A stretch of DNA of 64,000 bases, from the NCBI GenBank assembly GCA_045633565.1, contig JAZQYO010000030.1, forward strand, positions 26,075-90,074, written 5' to 3'. This DNA is from Clostridia bacterium (lineage in GTDB: Bacteria; Bacillota; Clostridia; RUG12999). Each line of letters begins with the position of its first letter. The stretch's first letter is position 1. The position numbers and the translations under genes are program-made. Under the pieces are notes generated by a model that was given only the letters and a program-made list of their open reading frames with translations, had not been told where the DNA came from and ran no database searches. Shown here piece by piece: positions 42,370 to 51,902 of the stretch.

Positions 42370-42428
42370 GTAGGGTGCAGCGTTTACGATGCACCGCTTA
42401 CGGAATGTCGGAAACCGCCATTCCCTAC
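42370..42428. repeat. GTAG-type REP doublet (REPIN-like), copy 2
   Basis: GTAG-GGTGCA-G-CG-TTTA-CG-A-TGCACC, short spacer, inverted unit reading GTAG-GGAATG-G-CGG-TTT-CCG-A-CATTCC on the minus strand; both stems carry a G.A mismatch. Confidence 0.75.
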
Positions 42429-42512
42429 TTCCATTTGCTTTTGCTATTCTGAGCATCAGCTAAGAGTCTGGAACAAAATAAATAAAACCATATATGAATA
42501 GGAGAAAGAAAC

Positions 42513-43487
42513 ATGGCAGAACTTAGATTTAATCCACTTACAAAAGACTGGGTAATGATAGCATCACACAGACAGGGCAGACCTCAGATGCCAAAAGATT
42601 GGTGTCCCTTTTGTCCCGGACCGGGCAAAAAAGTGCCTGAAAGCTATGCTGTTTACAAATATGACAACGATTTTCCCGCACTTTCACAGAATCCGCCTGT
42701 GCCGGACGATGTAGAAAGGGGTATATATAAGACAAAAGAGGCGTATGGTAAATGCGAGGTAATTTTATATTCACCCGACCATACAACAACCCTGCCCGAG
42801 CTTCCGGCATCTCACATCAGAAAGCTTGTAGATTTGTGGACTGACAGATTTGAAGACCTGTCAAAAGATGAAAAAATTAAATATGTTTTCATTTTTGAAA
42901 ACAGAGGCGAGGTTGTTGGCGTAACAATGCCTCACCCTCACGGTCAGATTTACGGATATTCGGTTGTACCAAAAAAGCTTGAGCTTGAAATGGATTCGAC
43001 AAGAGAATTCTCCAAAGAAACAGGAGGCTGTCTTATCTGTGAAATGCTTAAAACCGAGCAGGAGTTTGGTGAGCGTGTGATTTTTGAAAATGAGGCATTT
43101 TCGGTCGTTCTGCCATTTTTCTCGGAATATCCGTACGGAGTATATATCATAAGTAAAAATCATAAACAAAATCTTCTTCAGATGACAGAATTGGAAAAGG
43201 ACCTTCTGGCACAGACTTTAAAAGATACCACCGGTATGCTTGACAGTCTGTTTGATATGAAGTTCCCCTATATGATGTGTATGTATCAGAACCCGGTAAA
43301 CACCAGTGAGGACACATCTTTCTATCATTTCCACATTGCATTTTATCCACCGATGAGGTCGCAGACACAGGTGAAATTTAATGCATCGAGCGAAACGGGT
43401 GCTTGGGCACACTGCAACCCCACCTGCCCCGAGGAAAAGGCAGAGGAATTAAGAGTGGCTTATAAAAAGTTCAAGGAGAATAACTGA
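42513..43487 (+). CDS. galT: Galactose-1-phosphate uridylyltransferase (class I, HIT-like)
   Basis: ELRFNPL, CPFCPG, NDFPAL, FENRG, PHPHGQ (HxHxQ). Confidence 0.95.
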   Translation: MAELRFNPLTKDWVMIASHRQGRPQMPKDWCPFCPGPGKKVPESYAVYKYDNDFPALSQNPPVPDDVERGIYKTKEAYGKCEVILYSPDHTTTLPELPASHIRKLVDLWTDRFEDLSKDEKIKYVFIFENRGEVVGVTMPHPHGQIYGYSVVPKKLELEMDSTREFSKETGGCLICEMLKTEQEFGERVIFENEAFSVVLPFFSEYPYGVYIISKNHKQNLLQMTELEKDLLAQTLKDTTGMLDSLFDMKFPYMMCMYQNPVNTSEDTSFYHFHIAFYPPMRSQTQVKFNASSETGAWAHCNPTCPEEKAEELRVAYKKFKENN

Positions 43488-44671
43488 TGGAAATCAAAGA
43501 ATTAATAAAAGAGTTTGAAAACAGATTCGGAAAAGGCGGCGAAATCCGTATTTTTCAGTCGCCGGGCAGAGTAAATTTGATAGGTGAGCATACCGACTAT
43601 AACGGCGGGTATGTTTTTCCGGCAGCGCTTACCATGCGCACTGCAATTGCGTACAGAAAAAGAAATGATAACATTATAAAAATGATGGCTACCGACCTTG
43701 ACGATGTTGTAGAGGCGGACATAAATAATCTCGGTGCATACAAGGATTTATGGTGGGGTAACTACCAGATTGGTATTGCCGATGTTATGAAGAAAAAAGG
43801 CTATGAAATCTGCGGTTGCGATATGCTTTTTGATGACACAACTCCGCATGGAGGAGGTCTGTCTTCATCTGCTGCAATTGAGGTTGCAACAGCTCTTGCT
43901 TTTGCGACAATTTCCAATGAAATAAAAGGAATTTCCGACCCTGTTGATATGATTGAAATGGCGAAAATTTCCCAGCAGGCGGAGCATGAATATATCGGCG
44001 TTATGTGTGGTATTATGGACCAGTTTGCGTCTGCAATGGGCAAGAAAAACCACGCTATTATGCTCAATTGTAAAACTTTGGAGTATGATCTTGTGCCGGT
44101 TAATATCGATGGCTATAAGCTTGTAATTTCCAATACAAATAAAAAACGGTCACTTGCGGATTCAAAATATAACGAGCGCAGAAGTGAGTGCGAGGAGGCT
44201 GTGGAAGGTCTTAAAAAATCCCTGCCCGGCATAACTTGTCTGGCGGACATAACGCCTGAGCAGTTTGAAAAATTCCGCAGTGATATTAAAAATCCGATTT
44301 CTGCAAAACGTGCAGAGCATGTTGTATATGAAATTGACAGGGTTGTAAAATCAAGAGAAGCTCTTAACAAAAATGATATTGCTGAGTTCGGCAGACTTAT
44401 GAACGCATCGCACGATTCACTGCGTGACCTTTATGAGGTAACGGGCGTTGAGCTTGACACACTTGTTGACGAGGCGAGAAAAGTAAGCGGAGTTTTAGGC
44501 TCAAGAATGACAGGTGCAGGCTTTGGCGGTTGCACTGTCAGCATTGTAAAAGACGACTCGGTTGATGAGTTCATCAGTAAAGTAGGCGAAAATTACACAA
44601 ATAAAATCGGATACACACCGTCCTTCTACATTTCCGAAATAGGGGATGGCGGTCATGAAACAAAAGTATAA
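43487..44671 (+). CDS. galK: Galactokinase
   Basis: PGRVNLIGEHTDYNGG, GGGLSSSAA, CGIMDQ, SRMTGAGFGGC. Confidence 0.97.
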   Translation: MEIKELIKEFENRFGKGGEIRIFQSPGRVNLIGEHTDYNGGYVFPAALTMRTAIAYRKRNDNIIKMMATDLDDVVEADINNLGAYKDLWWGNYQIGIADVMKKKGYEICGCDMLFDDTTPHGGGLSSSAAIEVATALAFATISNEIKGISDPVDMIEMAKISQQAEHEYIGVMCGIMDQFASAMGKKNHAIMLNCKTLEYDLVPVNIDGYKLVISNTNKKRSLADSKYNERRSECEEAVEGLKKSLPGITCLADITPEQFEKFRSDIKNPISAKRAEHVVYEIDRVVKSREALNKNDIAEFGRLMNASHDSLRDLYEVTGVELDTLVDEARKVSGVLGSRMTGAGFGGCTVSIVKDDSVDEFISKVGENYTNKIGYTPSFYISEIGDGGHETKV

Positions 44672-45197
44672 AAAAATTGTTTTGTGGACGTTGGTAGCGC
44701 TGCACATTTGTCTCATTTTTTCTTTTTCACTTCAGGATGCACAGCAGTCTACGGTGGTAAGCGAAAAGTTTACCGACAGTATGAAAAGTGAAGAGAAGTT
44801 TCATAATGAAGTGGTCGGTGAGAAAAATGATGACGGCAGCAGAAAATATTCAGATGCCATAGTGGACATAATGGCCAAACGTAGATTCGATATACTTGAG
44901 TCCGTTTTAAGAAAAGTTGCGCATTTTTCGCTATTTTTTATCCTCGGCATTTTGATATGTGCACTTATGTATCAATATAAAATAAAAGGAATAACCGGTG
45001 TTTTGTCCACTGTTTTATATTCGGGTGCAGTCGCATTTATTGATGAGACAATTCAGCTTTTTTCTCCCGGCAGAGCCGGAGAAATTACTGACGTATTAAT
45101 TGATTCGTCGGGTGCGGCGTGTGCTGCAATTCTCTTTTTAATCGGAGGATTAATCTATGAAAAATATAAAATCCGGCGCCTTAAAGTGGATAATTAA
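44655..45197 (+). CDS. VanZ family membrane protein
   Basis: IFSFSLQ...S...S, RKVAHF..F..LG, DETIQLFSPGRAG..TDVLIDSSG. Confidence 0.88.
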   Translation: MKQKYKKIVLWTLVALHICLIFSFSLQDAQQSTVVSEKFTDSMKSEEKFHNEVVGEKNDDGSRKYSDAIVDIMAKRRFDILESVLRKVAHFSLFFILGILICALMYQYKIKGITGVLSTVLYSGAVAFIDETIQLFSPGRAGEITDVLIDSSGAACAAILFLIGGLIYEKYKIRRLKVDN

Positions 45198-46815
45198 AAA
45201 TTCAAAGGCAGTTTATTTTAAACTTTTTCTGACCATACTTTTCGGAGTGATAACCTCGCTGCTTGGAGTGCGTCTTGCACTTATGTCAAGAGATGTAATT
45301 GATGTGGCATTAGGAGCTAAAGCGGGCAGTTTTAAGACGGAAAGTATAGGTCTTTTTGGGCTGCTTTTGGTTCAACTTGTTGTTATGTCGCTTTCGAGTA
45401 ATGTGAAAACACGACTTACAGGAAGCCTGACAATCAGTTTAAGGCAGGGAATTTTTTCAAAGCTTTTAAATAAGGATTGGCAGAGCATATCTGCACATCA
45501 TTCGGGAGAACTTTTAAACCGGATTAACAGTGACGTAAATGTGATTGTTAACGGGGTGACAACTGTCCTGCCAAACTTTTTTTCGCTTGTAACAAAGCTT
45601 ATCAGCGCTTTTTTTGCAATGTTCATGCTTGATAAGACATTTGCTTTCACTGCAATAGCGATAGGTCCGCCTGTCATCTTAGCGGCAACGGTTTACAGCA
45701 AAAAAATGAAAAGTCTACATAAAAAAACTCAGGAGGCTGAAGGAAAAACGAGCGGATTTATGCAGGAAAGCCTGCAGAATATGCTTGTGATTAAATCCTT
45801 TGGCAGTGAGGAATTTATTGCTGAAAAATCCTCTTTTTTGCAGAAAATAGCATATAAACTGAAAATAAAAAGAAATACTATAAGCATTTTTGCATCGGCG
45901 GCACTTTTTCTTGTTTTTTCTGCTTCCTATTATATTGCACTTACCTGGGGAGCTTACAGATTGGCACAGGGCGTAATAACGGTCGGAACAATGACGGCGT
46001 TTTTACAGCTTATAAACCAGATTCAGGCACCTTTTATGAACTTATCAACACTGATGCCGCAAGTATATTCTGCTTTTGCATCGGCCGAACGTGTCATGGA
46101 AACTGAAGAAATGCCGGATGAAACGGATAAAAATGTTATGCCGGTCAATGCGGAGAATTTTTCTGCTCTGAAAGCAAAAAATATGGGATTTTCATACGAT
46201 AACGGTGATGTTGTTTTTGAAAATGCTGAGTTTGAAATAAAGAAAAACGAGTTTGTGGCGATTACCGGCGAATCGGGTGCAGGAAAAAGTACGCTCATTA
46301 AACTTCTGCTTGGAATTATTTCGCCTGCGTGTGGCGAAATGAGCCTGGAATGTGAGGATGAAAAATTCCTTGCGGACAAAAACACGAGAAGCCTTTTTGC
46401 ATACGTGCCTCAGGGAAATATGATTTTATCGGGAACCATCCGTGATAATATAAGCTTTTCAAAAACGGATATAGCGGATGAAGAAATAGAAAGATGTGCA
46501 CGACTTGCGGATATATGGGAATTTATTTCGGGACTTGAAAAAGGGCTTGATACCGTCATAGGAGAGCGCGGAACGGGACTGTCGGAAGGACAGGTGCAGA
46601 GAATTGCGATTGCAAGAGCGCTTATTTATGATGCCCCAATACTCCTTTTAGATGAGGCGACCAGTGCACTTGATGCGCAGTCAGAGCGCACTATTTTGCA
46701 GAACATAAAAAACATGACGGATAAAACATGCATTATTATAACCCACAAGAAAGCAGCGCTCGATTTTTGTGACAAAACGTTTCATGTTGCAAATGGGAAA
46801 ATTATCTGTATGTAA
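45157..46815 (+). CDS. ABC exporter, fused permease and ATP-binding domains
   Basis: Six predicted TMs, HSGELLNRI.SD, Walker A GESGAGKST, YVPQ, variant signature LSEGQ, LLLDEATSALD, ITH. Confidence 0.9.
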   Translation: MKNIKSGALKWIIKNSKAVYFKLFLTILFGVITSLLGVRLALMSRDVIDVALGAKAGSFKTESIGLFGLLLVQLVVMSLSSNVKTRLTGSLTISLRQGIFSKLLNKDWQSISAHHSGELLNRINSDVNVIVNGVTTVLPNFFSLVTKLISAFFAMFMLDKTFAFTAIAIGPPVILAATVYSKKMKSLHKKTQEAEGKTSGFMQESLQNMLVIKSFGSEEFIAEKSSFLQKIAYKLKIKRNTISIFASAALFLVFSASYYIALTWGAYRLAQGVITVGTMTAFLQLINQIQAPFMNLSTLMPQVYSAFASAERVMETEEMPDETDKNVMPVNAENFSALKAKNMGFSYDNGDVVFENAEFEIKKNEFVAITGESGAGKSTLIKLLLGIISPACGEMSLECEDEKFLADKNTRSLFAYVPQGNMILSGTIRDNISFSKTDIADEEIERCARLADIWEFISGLEKGLDTVIGERGTGLSEGQVQRIAIARALIYDAPILLLDEATSALDAQSERTILQNIKNMTDKTCIIITHKKAALDFCDKTFHVANGKIICM

Positions 46816-46953
46816 AAAAATAAAAAAGTTGAAATTTAATAAATAATATGATATAATAAAATAGATTACGGACATTTTTATAAACTGACTTTAGTATATG
46901 GCGCAAATAACTTCAAAATAAGTCTGAAATAATGGCAAGAAAGAAGTGTATTT

Positions 46954-48810
46954 ATGAAAAGTTTCCTTAATAAACACAGGCGACTGGTTGTTTTTCTGAA
47001 TGATGCATTTTGTGTGCTTCTCGGATATCTCATTGCAATCATATTGGTTTATGAAAAAACGACTCTTCCGGAAATAATTTTTACAACAGTTCCTCTTTAT
47101 GGGCTTGTTATGATTGCTTGTTATATGATTTCATTTGCGATTTTCAGGACAAACAGCATTTTATGGTCTTACGCAAATATGAGAAACTTTACCACGCTTG
47201 TTAGTGCTTGTGCAACGGGTGCGGTGATAACATATGCAGTCGAAGTGCTTATAAACGCAATATTTGATGTGGAAATCAATGTTACGCTGAGGATGAACAT
47301 TCTATCTTTCGTAACAGTTACAAATGTTATTCTTGTTAACAGGATAATTGTTAAATTCATCCGCGAACAACAGCATAAAAAGAGGGAAAAACCTGATTTG
47401 CCCACGCTTCTTATAGTAGGTGCAGGATCGGCAGCTGAGCTTTGTATTCAGGAAATAAACTCAAGAAGTACATACAATATCGTGGGGCTGATTGATGATC
47501 AGCAGGCAAAACAGGGATGCTTCCTTGGCGGAGTAAAGGTGCTTGGCGACAGCGGTGACATAGGTAGGATATGCAAAGAGAATAAGATAGATGAAATATT
47601 AATAGCAATCCCCAGCCTTGAGCATAACAAGCTTGCGGATTTGGTTGAAAAATGTGAGGCAACTGGCGTTAAAACTAAGATTATTCCGCAGGAGGGTATG
47701 TTTGTAGAATCTACAAGCGAGAGCATCACAAGTAAAGCCAGAGACATTCAGATAGAGGATATGCTTTACAGGGACCCTGTTGAGCTTGAAAATGAAAAAA
47801 TCGGTGCTTACATACAAAATCACACAGTAATTGTAACAGGCGGAGGCGGTTCGATAGGCAGTGAAATATGCCGTCAGGTTATAAAATATAAGCCGGCAAA
47901 ACTTGTTATACTGGACAACTATGAAAACAATGCCTATGAGCTGATGCTTGAACTTAAAAACAATTACCCCGGCGCTAATGTATCAGTTATCATAGCCACA
48001 ATCAGGGATAAAATTGCAATTGATGAGGTTTTTGCAAAAGTGCGGCCGGAGATAGTGTTCCATGCTGCAGCACATAAACATGTGCCGCTTATGGAAGATA
48101 CACCGAAAGAGGCTGTGAAAAATAACATTCTCGGTACGTTTAATGTTGCAAAAGCATCTATAAAGTATGGCGTGAAACGATTTATTATGATTTCCACTGA
48201 TAAAGCTGTTAATCCCACAAATATTATGGGTGCAACAAAACGTGTCTGTGAAATGATGGTCCAGACATTTAACGACAAAGAAAGAACAGAGTTTGTTGCA
48301 GTAAGATTTGGTAATGTTCTGGGAAGTAACGGTTCGGTTATTCCGATATTCAAACAACAGATAAAAGATGGTGGACCTGTCAAGGTTACGCATAAGGATA
48401 TCACAAGATATTTTATGACCATACCGGAGGCTGCATCGCTTGTGCTTCAGGCGGGAGTGTACGCCAACAGCGGTGAGGTGTTTGTTCTTGATATGGGCAA
48501 ACCCATAAAAATTTATGAGCTTGCGGAAAAAATGATTAAGCTTATGGGATATACACCCGGAAAAGACATGAAAATTGAAATTGTAGGACTCCGGCCCGGA
48601 GAAAAGCTTTATGAGGAGCTTTATATGTCTTCTGAAGATATGATTTCAACAAGACATAAAAGGATTTATGTTGCAAAACCTGTTAATATTGACAAAGAAG
48701 AGTTTTATAATAAAATTCTTGATATGACAGAGAAAATTGACAGTTTGCCGGATGAAGAAATTAAAAAACGGGTGGCGGAAATAACCGGAACCTATAAATA
48801 TGAACATTGA
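46954..48810 (+). CDS. Polysaccharide biosynthesis nucleotide-sugar 4,6-dehydratase (CapD/PglF/EpsC family)
   Basis: Four N-terminal TMs, CoA-binding-like IVGAG, VTGGGGSIGSE, HAAAHKHVP, STDKAVNP, MGATK, RFGNVLGS.GSV, GLRPGEKLYEEL. Confidence 0.94.
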   Translation: MKSFLNKHRRLVVFLNDAFCVLLGYLIAIILVYEKTTLPEIIFTTVPLYGLVMIACYMISFAIFRTNSILWSYANMRNFTTLVSACATGAVITYAVEVLINAIFDVEINVTLRMNILSFVTVTNVILVNRIIVKFIREQQHKKREKPDLPTLLIVGAGSAAELCIQEINSRSTYNIVGLIDDQQAKQGCFLGGVKVLGDSGDIGRICKENKIDEILIAIPSLEHNKLADLVEKCEATGVKTKIIPQEGMFVESTSESITSKARDIQIEDMLYRDPVELENEKIGAYIQNHTVIVTGGGGSIGSEICRQVIKYKPAKLVILDNYENNAYELMLELKNNYPGANVSVIIATIRDKIAIDEVFAKVRPEIVFHAAAHKHVPLMEDTPKEAVKNNILGTFNVAKASIKYGVKRFIMISTDKAVNPTNIMGATKRVCEMMVQTFNDKERTEFVAVRFGNVLGSNGSVIPIFKQQIKDGGPVKVTHKDITRYFMTIPEAASLVLQAGVYANSGEVFVLDMGKPIKIYELAEKMIKLMGYTPGKDMKIEIVGLRPGEKLYEELYMSSEDMISTRHKRIYVAKPVNIDKEEFYNKILDMTEKIDSLPDEEIKKRVAEITGTYKYEH

Positions 48811-48823
48811 GGGGGACAGTAAC

Positions 48824-49543
48824 GTGAAGAAAATATTAAGTTTATTACTAATATTCTGCACAATTGTATTTACGGGTTGTGAAAGCGGAATGGATAGAAT
48901 TCTATATCCAGGCGGAACTGATGCGCTGCTTTATTATGACTCTTATGCCGATGTAAAAAATCGTATCAAGCGAGAGGATGTAAAACGCGAAAACTATTAT
49001 AATGATTTGTTCCTTACTGAAGGAATTGAAGCTAAAATGGATACTGCCCAGGTGCTTTATAAGGAACACAGGGAAGCTATGCTTGATGTCAGCACGGCAG
49101 ACGAAGTATTCTTTATGCCGTCAGCATCAGGCGCAACAGCTCTGACGGAGTGGATTAATCAGAGTACTGTAAAATACACTTTTGACCAGGAAGGAATTGT
49201 ATCCACATACGAACTTAAAAACTCAAAAAGCAATAACACATACGTGGAATATCTTTATATAATGAGAGCCCTCAGTTTAAAATACGGGGAATGTACAACA
49301 GAAATATACAAAGACGAAGATAACATTATAAACAATACTAAAATCCGTGAAGATTATAAAGATGTTGAAGATGTTGTAGAGTTCTATGAAGAAACATTTG
49401 CCGACGGTGATGTAAGTATTGTGAGTCAGTGGGTTAATGACGGATGTATAATTACTGTTGATTTCAGAAACCCGGCAAACTGCAGCGTTGTATATGAGCT
49501 TGTTGAACAAGCGATAACAGGCACAGAAGAAACTAAAGAATAA
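48824..49543 (+). CDS. Hypothetical lipoprotein
   Basis: GTG at 48824 after GAGGGGG; MKKILSLLLIFCTIVFTG-C lipobox; acidic Tyr-rich body with no recognised motif. Confidence 0.7.
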   Translation: MKKILSLLLIFCTIVFTGCESGMDRILYPGGTDALLYYDSYADVKNRIKREDVKRENYYNDLFLTEGIEAKMDTAQVLYKEHREAMLDVSTADEVFFMPSASGATALTEWINQSTVKYTFDQEGIVSTYELKNSKSNNTYVEYLYIMRALSLKYGECTTEIYKDEDNIINNTKIREDYKDVEDVVEFYEETFADGDVSIVSQWVNDGCIITVDFRNPANCSVVYELVEQAITGTEETKE

Positions 49544-49549
49544 GGGAGA

Positions 49550-51169
49550 GTGAAGGAAATGGATAACAAAAAAAGTATATTCTTTGCTATTGATTTATCA
49601 GACATTCTCTTTTGGCTGATGAAGTGGAAATGGATTGTTATTGGTGTTACCATAATATTTGCGTTGATAGGCTATATGTTCAGTAATATTACATATACAG
49701 CTGAATACACCGCAACTGCGTCGATGGTTGTAAACTCCAAGAGCGAAACGCTTACTCAGGCTGGTACAACAGTTGATGCGATGCTGACACAAAACCTTAT
49801 TCCGACATACACACGAATTCTCAGAAGTGAAAAAATATCAAAGCATGTAATGAGCAAGTTTGATATTAATCTGGCAAAGGGTGTTATTGACAACATGATG
49901 GAGGTTACTATCGGTGAAGATAGCCAGGTGGTATACCTTAAAGTAAACCATACAGACCCATATATGGCAAAAAACATTGCAAATGCGGTTATTCAGGTTG
50001 CACCTGCGGTTATGATGGAGGTTGTTGAAGCCGGAAGCGTTAACGTGCTTGACTATGCTGTACTTCCAACACAGCCCGAACCGCCTAAAACTGTGCAGTA
50101 TATGTCCATGCTGGCTGTTATCGGATTTTTACTTGTATCGCTTATAATCGTCATGATTAACTTCTTTGTAATGAAGGTTAAAAATGCCGAGGATATTGAA
50201 AACAAAATCGGGCAGATGGTACTTGGAGAAATCCCACATTCTACAGCTACAAACGAAAAAGAAAAGAACTATCTGCATACGGGTGAGGCAAACCAGGGTT
50301 TTGTCGAATCCAACTTTATGCTTGCAGCCGTGCTTAAGAACCAGGCACAGAAGGTTCGCCCATACAAGCTGATTGTGACAAGTACAATTGCGGCAGAGGG
50401 TAAATCCACAACCTCAATTAATACTGCGACAGCACTTAGCGATATGGGATACAGGGTGCTGCTTGTGGACCTTGATATGAAAAAGCCGAACATAGTAAAA
50501 CAGCTTGGAATTAACGCAGGCAACCTCGGAGGCATCGAAGCGGTGCTTATGGGTGCAAAAATTGAAGATAATATCATGCACGATGACAGATTCAGCTTTG
50601 ATATTCTGCCTTGTGTGAGAGCTACAAGTGCAACATCAAAAATATTTACTGCCCTCAGGGTGGAAATGGCATTTGCTGAGTTTAATAAGACGGATTATGA
50701 TTATATTATCCTTGACTCATCACCTGCAAATATCGTTGCAGACACTTCTGTTATTGTTAAATATGCAGATGGTCTGATGCTTGTTATTAAACAGTATTTT
50801 GCACGTATCAAGGTAATTAATGAAACCATTGAAAAACTCAAAAAAGCCGGTGCAAACATTATCGGAACAGTTCTTAATGATATCAGGGTATTTAATATTG
50901 GTACAGGTTATGCGTTTGACTACAAATACGGATATTATTACTACTATAACGAAGAAAAAGGCAAACGTGAGAAGACCAGCGCACATAATGTGTATGATAA
51001 ACTGTTCAATGCATACAGGACCAATTATGGTTATGGATATGGAGATGTAGAAAAGGAACTTGAAGATTGCGAAAAAGTGGTTGGAGAGGTAATAGAAAAG
51101 GAAAAAGAACCGAAAAAACAGTCAAAAAAAGACCCGAAAAAGCAATTGAAAAAACATAAAAAACACTAA
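49550..51169 (+). CDS. Fused polysaccharide co-polymerase and BY-kinase (CpsC-CpsD / Wzc-like)
   Basis: Wzz-like N-terminal TM-loop-TM, Walker A AEGKST, A' LLVDLD, B IILDSSP, C-terminal Tyr clusters. Confidence 0.88.
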   Translation: MKEMDNKKSIFFAIDLSDILFWLMKWKWIVIGVTIIFALIGYMFSNITYTAEYTATASMVVNSKSETLTQAGTTVDAMLTQNLIPTYTRILRSEKISKHVMSKFDINLAKGVIDNMMEVTIGEDSQVVYLKVNHTDPYMAKNIANAVIQVAPAVMMEVVEAGSVNVLDYAVLPTQPEPPKTVQYMSMLAVIGFLLVSLIIVMINFFVMKVKNAEDIENKIGQMVLGEIPHSTATNEKEKNYLHTGEANQGFVESNFMLAAVLKNQAQKVRPYKLIVTSTIAAEGKSTTSINTATALSDMGYRVLLVDLDMKKPNIVKQLGINAGNLGGIEAVLMGAKIEDNIMHDDRFSFDILPCVRATSATSKIFTALRVEMAFAEFNKTDYDYIILDSSPANIVADTSVIVKYADGLMLVIKQYFARIKVINETIEKLKKAGANIIGTVLNDIRVFNIGTGYAFDYKYGYYYYYNEEKGKREKTSAHNVYDKLFNAYRTNYGYGYGDVEKELEDCEKVVGEVIEKEKEPKKQSKKDPKKQLKKHKKH

Positions 51170-51193
51170 AACATAAATATGGAGGGGAAAGCA

Positions 51194-51892
51194 ATGATTG
51201 ATTTTCATGCACACCTGCTACCCGGATTGGATGATGGCGCCAGAAACCTTAAAATGTCTGCTGTCATGCTTGCAGAAAGCAAAAGGCAGGGGATTGAAAT
51301 TTCAGTGGCTACCCCTCATTGTTATTTTAACATTGATGTTAAAAAAACAATAAAAAGACGTGAAAAAGCTTATAATAAACTTGTGAAATATGTTGAAAAA
51401 AATAAAATAGAGGTTCCGCAGATTATTCTCGGATTTGAGGTGTACCTTACCGAAGAGGTCTATCAGGTTCAAAATTTAGAAGAATTGTTAATACAGGGCA
51501 CAAATACAATGCTTGTTGAAATGCCGAGGGGAAAATGGGATGACAAGGTATTTGCAAGACTGGACTATGTCGCAGAAAAAGGCTTTGATATAGTTCTTGC
51601 ACATCCGGAGAGATATAGGGCGTACAATGAGGAAAAAGAACATGACCGGCTTTTTGATTATGGTTTTGCAGGACAACTCAATGCATCATCTTTAATTAAT
51701 CCCAAAACACGGGACTATTCATATCGCCTGATAAAAGAAGGAAGAATAAAGCTTCTTGCTTCGGACGCACACAATCTCGGACCTCGTGCTAATTTTATGG
51801 AAATAGCATCTGAGCTGATAAGTAAAAATCTTGGAGAGGAATATCTTAAGATGTTTGAAAGTCAGGCGGAACATTATCTTGGATTAAGATAA
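51194..51892 (+). CDS. PHP-family tyrosine phosphatase (CpsB/CapC/YwqE)
   Basis: IDFHAHLLPGLDDG, ATPH, AHPERY, ASDAHN. Confidence 0.93.
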   Translation: MIDFHAHLLPGLDDGARNLKMSAVMLAESKRQGIEISVATPHCYFNIDVKKTIKRREKAYNKLVKYVEKNKIEVPQIILGFEVYLTEEVYQVQNLEELLIQGTNTMLVEMPRGKWDDKVFARLDYVAEKGFDIVLAHPERYRAYNEEKEHDRLFDYGFAGQLNASSLINPKTRDYSYRLIKEGRIKLLASDAHNLGPRANFMEIASELISKNLGEEYLKMFESQAEHYLGLR

Positions 51893-51902
51893 AGGACAGT
51901 TT

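Noticed and set aside
42430-42500. Short sequence after REP copy 2 (CTAAGAGTCTGGAAC) as an IS end
   Set aside because: No matching inverted repeat, target duplication or transposase fragment was found
46860-46975. Tiny ORFs (MAQITSK; MARKKCIYEKFP) before the CapD-like gene as leader or RiPP precursor peptides
   Set aside because: No convincing RBS, no attenuator structure and no precursor-like features
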